A DNA stretch of 64,000 bases, from IMG/VR virus record IMGVR_UViG_3300034066_001346, positions 32,798 through 96,797 of that record; one strand, 5' to 3'. The position numbers and the translations under genes were made by a program. Positions 46,746 through 56,200 of the stretch are shown here, piece by piece (positions within the stretch are counted from its first letter, which is position 1; each line of letters starts with the position of its first letter). The notes below the pieces were generated by a model that worked only from the letters and a program-made list of their open reading frames with translations, did no database searches and was not told the DNA's origin. This DNA comes from a virus.

Positions 46746-47213
46746 TTAAACCTCTTCCAGAGATAAAGACACATTCCAATGAGGTTGTATACCACGCTTT
46801 ACAATTGTAAAAGTTGCTTCTGTACATGAAACATTATATTCTTCATAACCAGATGACTCTTGGCTTGTTCCAGTCTTTGCCATATTTACTCTTATTTTAA
46901 AGGTTCCCGTTCCGCCATTTTTATAAAATTCTCTTAAATCTTCTGCTCCCCATGCACCATCAACGGTTAAAGTTCTATATGAAGGAAGCATTTCCCAACT
47001 TAGATTAAATGATTTCTTATCTGCAACATGGTACTTTCTTAAAGTACCATTTGACATTCTTCTTTTAGATTCAATTCTTTGTGTTCCAATTGTAAATTCT
47101 GATCTATTGTGCTCTGTAACTTTGTTCCAAGCTAATGAAGTTCCAGCTGGAGTTGCTAATAAATCTTTAGCTTCAATTAATAATATTGAGCCTCTTGGCA
47201 TCATCATGCTCAT
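46746..47213 (-). CDS. Distal tail protein-like
   Basis: Immediately after the TMP; RRMSNGTLR...WNVSLSLEEV. Confidence 0.65.
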   Translation of the reverse strand: MSMMMPRGSILLIEAKDLLATPAGTSLAWNKVTEHNRSEFTIGTQRIESKRRMSNGTLRKYHVADKKSFNLSWEMLPSYRTLTVDGAWGAEDLREFYKNGGTGTFKIRVNMAKTGTSQESSGYEEYNVSCTEATFTIVKRGIQPHWNVSLSLEEV

Positions 47214-50200
47214 ACTGTAATTCCTCCACCAGTCATGCTCTGTCTTCTTGCTCCACGGGCATCCATTATATTAACTATATGGTTTGCAAGCTCTTTAACA
47301 TCTTGTCCCTGTGCGCCATTAACAACAATTCCTCCAGCATTATAGTGGTGAATTGATCCACCTTTATTATACCCTGGAACTTGATTGCTAGCAATACCTA
47401 CCGTGCTTGTTGGAATGTTATATGTAGGAGAAGCCATTCCTCCGTTGGCAAATCCTGGTATAGACATTTTTGGATTAAATGAGGTGTTTACAATTCCCCC
47501 ATTGGCAAATTTAGGAATTTGTATTTTGCCATTGTTAACAAATCCCCCGCCTGCTGCTTCTTCCACATTTTTTAGCTGTTCTTTGATATCAGAAATTATT
47601 GACATAAAATCTTTTTCAGATAAAGCTCCCCTAGCATATAGACCTACAGCTGATTTTTGAACTGCTAAAAGATCTTTTTCATCTGCATAAGTTTTTCCAC
47701 TTGTATATTTGCCAAAACGTGTAAACATTAAAAGTGCGCCTAAAGCTTTTTGCGTATCACTTATTCCAACACCTATATCTCCTGTTTGAGCTCTTTGTGC
47801 ATTTAAAATATATTCAAATGGGTTGTGTCCTGAGCCATGAGCTAAGTTGTCTATGTCGCTAGCATTATGTCCGCCATCAAACCTGACTCCAAGATTCGCA
47901 GCCATTTCTGCTATCTCTTCTTTGTTTAAAGAGCTAAATTCTCCTCTAACGGCATACCTGTATTTTTCATCTATTCCAATTTGTTTCTTTGCTTTATCTA
48001 TTGCTAGTATTTGCAAAATTCTTGAAGCGCTTAAATACTCATCAGATTCATAATTGCTTCGTGCTGGCATGTAAAATTCTTCTGAGTGACTACCTCCCAT
48101 AGCATTGTCTGTACGTGCTATAGGTTTTAAATTACCATTTTCGTTAACTGCTTGTAATATTTGAGCAAGCTCTGATTGAGAATATTTTTCTTTTGCTAAA
48201 TAAAATATTTCTTTTGCTGAAAAATCTTCTGCAATTATTGGAGGTTCTTCTCCATCTTTATACAAATTAAGTTCTTTTAATTTTGCTATATAATCAGATT
48301 CTTCAAGTGGAAAGCCTGAGCTTAGCTCTCCTTCTTTTTTACTGTAGTGAAAAGGCTTTCCAAATCTTTGCAAGAAATAACTGTCTACTGAATGAAGCTG
48401 TTCTGGTTTTCCATTGTACTTCATTAAATTAGAAAGTGTGCTTACTATAAATGGTCTATCTGGCTTCCATTCACCCTGCATATGTGACTGAACTGCGTCA
48501 TAAATTCCAAAGTGTCTTGATGTTCTAGCTGCGGCTAATTGTTCTAGAGTGCCGACAGTTCCTTCAGGGAGGCCTTTTGGACCAAAAAATCTAGAAAGTA
48601 TGTGGGTCGCTGCATCTTTTTCAAAAAGATCTCCCTTGCCATCTGTTGATGGGAAATCGTCATTAAATATTCTTATCATAGGAATATCTCTTGGTGTTAA
48701 AGGAGTGTAAGAAGGATCCCAGCCTCTTGCTTTCAGGTCTGCAATTTCTTTTTTAGTTAAAGGCTTTTCTCCACGCACCCCATGCAAGCCACCTCTTGGG
48801 CCGCCTTGTCGTGCAATATTGGCAGCTACCGCTTCTTGTTGTAGTCTGACATTTTCTATATATTCCTGAACCATTTTTGTAAGTAGTGGTGAAATTGCTT
48901 TTGTTTTAGTTTTAATAGCAACATCATCTCTTGTATTGCCACGCATTGCAGAAATTAATTGTGCAAGCCCTGCTGGATCTAGTGACTCTGAAAGCTCTGG
49001 CCTTCTAAGGCCAAAAAGATGTGGGGATGCTAAATCTTGTGGATCAACCTTTTTTAAATTTATGCTACCTGATGCTAGCATATTCATTAAAAATTCTTTT
49101 ACTTCTCTATCGCCCCATTGGTATCCTGAATCCATTTTATCTAATAATCTTCTAGCTTTTGTATGGTTTGGATCTTTTTTCAAAATATAGGATAGGATTC
49201 CTTCTGGTGTTGTAGGAATAATATCAGTTACCTGATGGCTTGCTAATAATGAGCTTAAATTTTCAGTACGACCTTGAAAAACAACTGCGTCATTTCCAAA
49301 ACCGCTTCCTGAATGCACTGGTACATTTTTCCCTTCATGAATTACAAATGGCGGGTAAACGTTATTTGGCTTAAAATCATCTGAAGAAATTTTTACTTGT
49401 GGTTTTTGAATCATTGAAGATATTTTATTTTCGGCAAATGGTCTTGATGCGCCGATGATTGCTGCAGTTATAGCATTAGATGTAAATTTTGGAACTGCTG
49501 ATGTTGCATATGGTATAGAACCCTTTGGAAGAAGAGAGCCTAATCCAGGAAGTCCTTTTGACAATCCATATCCTTCAGCTAGTCCTCTTATCGAAGCGTT
49601 TCCAGCTGCTGCTGGCAATAAGAATGAACCAAAATCTAATCCAACTTGTGCAGCAATTTCTGGAAGTACAGACTTAACTCCTTGTTGTTTTATTTTTTCT
49701 TGTTGTGATTTTAATCCTTCTATGTTTGTAGAAGCAATTGGGTTTGTACCAGTAAAGGCTGCTTGTACTCTGTCTAAAGATAATATTGCTGGAAATAAAA
49801 AGTTGTCATAAATTTTTTGAGCAACAGATTTTGGAGCTTTATAATTACTTGCCATGTGTCCAGCAGGCAAACGTCTGCGGCCTGATCTTCTACCTGATGA
49901 AGATTCCATTTTTTGTTTTAGGGCAGCTGATACAGAGCCCATTGATGACATTCCTAAACTATGTGGGGCGCCTGAATGAGTATGTCCTACTGGTCCGCCA
50001 GCATGGAACATTAGCGGTCCTAAACCGTAAGCACCATTGCCAATGCCACCCGTAGAGGCGCCAGAGCCTGCAAGACGCATAGGGTCTCTGTCTATGCCCA
50101 TTCCTGGGCTTGCAAATGGCTTGCGTGGCTGCTCAAGCATCTGATGCATGTAGTCTGAATGCTGTGGGACCGAACCGCTAAATTTAAGTCCTGGTATTTC

Positions 50201-53200
50201 TGTTCCGCCCCAAATATCCATGCCTGGGCTGCGTGGCCCAATAAATCTTGAAAGTTCTCCCCAATATTGACCGAAAGGATTACCTATAGGTCTTCCAGAT
50301 CTAGAGTAAGGAACACCTGGCTTTCTTTGTCTTGGTACTGTTAGTGGCCCCTTAATCCAATTTCCAGAATCAGTTAAGCTGTTTACAACTTTTCCACCTT
50401 CTGCAAACTTCTTTATGTTTACCTTTGTGCCTGCAAAAATTCTTGACCCGCCCATATATTTTGGATCATTTAGCTGTGGATTCATTTCCATTAATTGCTT
50501 GACGCTAATACCATACTTTGCAGCAATTGCAGATAATGTATCTCCTCTGCCTACTGTGTATCTATCATTTTCATAATCTGACTTAGCATCATCTGCGCTG
50601 TAATATTCTGGTGTGCCATATCCATACTTAATAGTATCTACTGGCTTATATGAAGGTCTTCCAAATCCTACAACTGGAGCATTCTTCATATTGTATTGTC
50701 TTACTTTTGCATGTACTCCGCCGCCGCTTCTTTGACTTCCAGAACCTGATGTATTTCCTTCTATAGTTGAAACTGCATTGCTACTTAAAACATTTCTTAC
50801 TAACCCTACGTGAGAAATTCTATTAACGCCATCTCCTGGGAAATCCATGAAAGCTAGATCTCCACGCTTTGGATTCATCTTTGTCCACTTGCCACTCTTC
50901 ATAAATGACTGAGCTCCACCAGGAGTCCAAATCATGCTTGCTAAATCTACCCCAGCATTTTTTGCTGCCCAATTTATGAATGCTCCGCACCATGCTATGT
51001 ATCTGCTCTGCAGATCATAAGCCTTTTGTGCAAATCTACCAAATATAGTGTCGTTGTTCTTTCCTTCTTTATATCCAAGCATAGACTCAGCTGCTTTAAT
51101 CATTGAGTCTACTGTGCCTAGAGTGCTTTCTTTTCCGCCTCTCATCTTACTTACTTTTCCGCCATTTGCAAATCTACCAGCATTTAAATCATGAAGGAAT
51201 GATGGACCAAATTCTTTTTCAGCTTTTTTAACTGAGTCTGCTTTTATTACCCACTCACCGTCTGAAAGCATTGCAGGAATTGAATCAGATGTTGAAGTTC
51301 CTGGACCACTTACATTTCCTCCGCCATCATAATTAGTTGCATAGCCGCCCATAGCAAGTTTTCGGGCTCTTGATGGGAATATCTTTGCATCATATCCAGA
51401 CTCAACAACATATTTAACTCCATCAACTTCAAAATATTTACCCTTTTGATATTTATTTGTATTAATAATATATGTCAGCCCTGCTTTAGTTATTGTTCCA
51501 TCTTTAGACTTTAGTGGTGCTGCTTCTGCGGCAGTTGTTCCCCCTGGTGCAACTTTAGGAAGAGTTGCGGCGTTAACCTTAAATGGATCCTCTTTTGTTC
51601 CACTTCCAGTTCCTGATGTCGCTCCAGCAAATTTATCTACTGCAAGAATAAACTTATCTACAGCTGATGCAAATGCTACATTTTTATTATCATTTACTGC
51701 CTTTGCTAAAGCCTGTGCAAGCTGAAGTTCTGGAGACATAGCAACTGGCTTGCCACCAGCTTGTGAAGGAGGCTGGTTAATTGCAGGATAGTTGCTAAGC
51801 ATTTCATCTGCAGCTTTTTTAATTGATCCGCCAGCTTCTCTCATTTCATTAAAGATTTGAATTAGAAGCTTTTCGTCTGACTTAGAGAAGTTGCCCCCTG
51901 GATTTCTTGTTACAATATCATTTATTCTTGCTCTAAAGTCAGCAATAGTGGCAAGGTCTGCAGACTTTTTAGCAGCTGCTGAGCCTGCTGTGGCGTTATT
52001 GTCTGCTGCATCATCTATTATTTTTTGCAATCTTTCAATTTCTTTATTTTGTTGCTCAATGCGCTTTTCATAATCATTTGTAATTGATTCTCTTGTAATC
52101 TGTCTTTGTCTATCTTCTTGCAATTTCTTTATGTTAAGTTGAGATTGAGCAGCAGCAGCAAGATCACCAGCAGCCAAGAACTCCTGATATCTTATCTGCT
52201 CTTCCTTTAAAGATTTAGCAAAGTCGGCTTCAGCCTGCTGAACATCCAAAAGCTTTAATCTAGTATTTCTTTCTTTTTCTAACTGATTTATAACCTTCTG
52301 GATTGACTTTATTTTATCCTTGTAATAATCGGCATCAAACTTTGCAGCAGCCTTTTGAGCCTTAATTGCATTTTCAGAGGCTTTCTTTGCTGCATCATAA
52401 AGTTTTGCTAAAGCAGAGAGGGGGTTATTTGAATCTGTTGATGAAGTTACTTCATTTAAAGCACCTTGGTATGCAGCAAGTTGTCTGGCAAATTCTACAG
52501 CTTCCTTTCCAGTCATAGCTGCAATATTTATTTTATCTGCTAAACCAGCTGCGTATATCGCTGTTTTTGCATAAATACTTTGAAGGGTTTCTCCATTTTT
52601 TAATATAGTTGCATAAACTAAATTTTGTTGTTTAAGACCATCTAAAGTCTTTTTATCTATTTCATTTGTTGCGCCTTTTATTTTTCCTATTTCATCCAGG
52701 GTCTGCTTAAGTGCATCAGCTTCTGTTAATTCTGTTTTACCATCTTCTCCGCCTTTTGATCCAACCAAAGAATCTTGGTAGGTAGAAAGAACATTAATCA
52801 TATTCTCTACACCAGTATTTAGCTCTTCTAAGAATCCCTTACTTGTGCTACCGTTCATTGCTACTATTGCATTTGAAACCATTTTAACTGATGCTGCGGC
52901 AGCAGATGCTCTGTCTGTAATTTGTTTAAATGAATCAGAAGATATTGCTGAAACTGACTGACCTGATTTATTTGATGCAGCAATTAAAGCATAAATTTTA
53001 TTTGTTGCTTGTTGCACAGACATTCCCATAGATACATATTGAGACTTAAGCGATGTAGCTAATTGATTAACCTTAGATGAATCTATATTATTAAACGCTG
53101 CTAAAGTTTCTGGCATTTCTTTTTTAACTCTAGCAGTTTCTTCTCTTAATTCTTTAATTGTAAAAGTTAATCCACTTATACCAGTTTTTGTATTTGAGTC

Positions 53201-56200
53201 ATACGATGCACTTGCTTTAGCACGCTGCAAATCTAGCTGAGCATTTATATCTTTTAATCTAGTAGATAGGTCTTTGTACTTTCCAGAAAGACCCGCCTCT
53301 CCTAAAGTTTTTTCATTAGCTCCAAATGCTAGTCTATTTGCCTTACCAGCATCTTCATACTTTTTCTTTAGATCTAATAATACTTTTCCTAAAGCTATTG
53401 CAGATGTTACTGCTAATCCAAACCCAGCAAACTTCATAACTTTTGATAATGTAAGTGTTCCTTTTATTAAAAATGGCAAAATTGATGCTACTTGTCCTAA
53501 CATAGAGCCAATCATAAAGCCCGTGTTTCCACCCATAGCTTGTCCAGCCACTCCTCCGCCAACTGCTGTTGCCATGCTAAATACTTGAGCTTTAGCTCCG
53601 TATGGATTTATCCCTGACGAACCTTTTGTTATTGGAGTCATTCCCATTTGAGTTGCTAAAGGGGTTTCGTATCCAGGCATAGTAGGAATAGCAGGAAGTC
53701 CATATCCTGTTCTGTTCTTAACAATATCTCCGCCTGGAATTATTCCGCCTGAATTTCTAGGAACAAATATTTCTGGTCCGTTTTCTCCAACAAGGTAAGG
53801 TCTGTTTGCATTAACTGGACCACCCATGGCACGTGTACCGTCAACAACTGTTTCTAATTTCAATGTTCCATTTTCATATCCAACTACTCTAAACTTTCCA
53901 CCAAAAATAGATTCTTGTTCGGATCTTGAGTTATGTCCAGCTACCTTTTGTCCAAATGGCGCTGAGAATTTTGCATCTGGGAATATGTCAGAAGCTGGAA
54001 CAACATTTCTATTTTTTACAGATGCCTCTATAAGTATTGATGACCCATCTGCGGATGCTCCGTGTCCTGGCGCAAATAGGGAAGCAATATCTCTATTTTT
54101 ACTCCATGATGAACGGCGCATAATAAATTCTTGACCAATAAGTCCAGATGGATCTCCACTTAATCTTGCCTGATCAATTGCCTCTATAATATTTTGAGGA
54201 AGAGGGTTTGCTCTATTTTTGCTTAGTTTTAATCCTCTATAAAGAGTTCCGCTAAACTTTCTAGACAACTTCTTCATTAATTCTGTAGCGCCTGGAGTCT
54301 GTAATATTCCATAGTTACCAGCCATGTATTGACGAAGTATATACTTCCCACGCTCTTCTTCAGATCCAATTGGGAACTGTCGCATAACATTTTGTCTTGC
54401 GAATCTATCGTCTTGATAAATTACTTCTCTTGTCCACTCATAATCATCTTGTCTATCTTTTGGAACCATGGTTCTACCAATTTGAAGTGGACCATGAAGT
54501 GGATCTTGATTTCCTAATGTGTATTGATACCCTGGCATTCTAAAGCGTTCTTGTGGCTTCCACCTTGCAGTTAATCTGGCAATTGCACTAGATGCTAATG
54601 ATGGAACTCCATAGCCGTATCTTCCTCTTTGTATATTGCCTCCTGGAATCATTCCTCCAAGATTTGCAGCAAACGGTGTGGCTGATGAATTTCTGGAGAA
54701 TCTGGTCATTGCTCCAATTTCTGCAGAGTTTACTAGTTGTCCCCACATGGCTTCATTCATTAAGCCATTTCTTCTTTCTACGAGAGCATTTAGTCTGCTA
54801 GCTGCGAGCTCTGCAACTTGTTGTGCTTGAGCCTCTGGAACACCAATATCTTTTAGTTTTCCTAAAAGACTTTGCATGTCTTGCCAGCCTACTTCTCTCC
54901 ATGAATCTTTCCAGCCTTTTCCATCTGAAGTTCTTGCTGGAGATCCGTCGCCCTTAATTCTTTGATTAAATTTTGAAGTGTTTTTTACCCATGTCGTTGA
55001 CAATGCAGTAAGTGTTGATAATTTACTGCCTTGAGGTACTGATACGCCTAAAGATCTTAATACTGATACTGGAATCTGATCTTCTGGACCGTACCCTAAA
55101 GATTCAAGTCTTCTTACAAATGCAGGAGGAAAAGCATGAACTAATACATCTCCCCTTTTTGTTGGAGTAATTCCATATCTCTTATTAGTCTCATCAGAAT
55201 AAATTGCACTAGATCTTGAACGTGCTGAAGAATATTGTATAGAACCTGATCCTGGCTCTGAAACAGATTGTGTATTAGAACCAGTTGTATCCCATCTATT
55301 TCTGCTAGCTCTCCAGTATCTTGTTCCTGGAGATCTACCTCCTCCTATCATGGAAGATCTAGCTAAATAGTTGGCGATTAAAGATGCTGGATTTAGACCG
55401 TAGTTCTTTTTATTTCTAGATACATCTCCACCGAATGCGTATCCATTATTAGCTGCGTCAACTGCAGCATACAGTTCTGGATCTCTATGTATACCTGGGC
55501 CAAAAATAGTTTCTTTTGGAGTTAGCATAGCCTTCATTGTAGATCCGCTATTACTAAATGTTGAAGGTGCAGCATCTACTAAATCTTTATTGCGTGGATC
55601 TAGCGAAGCTTGTTGATTTAAAACATATCCGTTTAACGGAACATTTCCAAACCTATCGTCATAGTTAATAGATGACGGACCTGATACTACTGTCTTATTT
55701 GGCCCAAAGCTCTCAATGTCTCCACCGACATTAAATCTTTTTGGTCTTGTTGTTTCAATACTATAAGGAGCACCATATGTTTTAACTCCAAGCACTCTGG
55801 CAATGGAATTAAATAATGTTCTTGTTCTTCCTGGACGAGTAAGCTCTTTCATGTTTGCCTTACCAGTAACAGGATCAAACGCTGGTTGGTCTACGAGGGG
55901 TAGCTGTGTTAAGTTTATTGTTCTTCCTTGTGCAGTAGCAACTTCTGTTGCTGCCTGCCCCATCATCATTTCAATCTGTCTATTTAAAGCAACAACTCTT
56001 GCTCTTGCTTGATCAACAGTTATTTTTGATGCTTGCAGCTGTGCAACAATTTCAGCAGATTCTGTTGCAGCTAAAGTTGTTATTCTTGACATTTGAGGAA
56101 GAAGGGCTTGATATGAATCTGATAATGAAGTTGTAATTAATCCAGTTGCTGCAACTTCACGCTTTAGTAAAGCAATTTCTGCTTCCGACTGCATTGCAAG

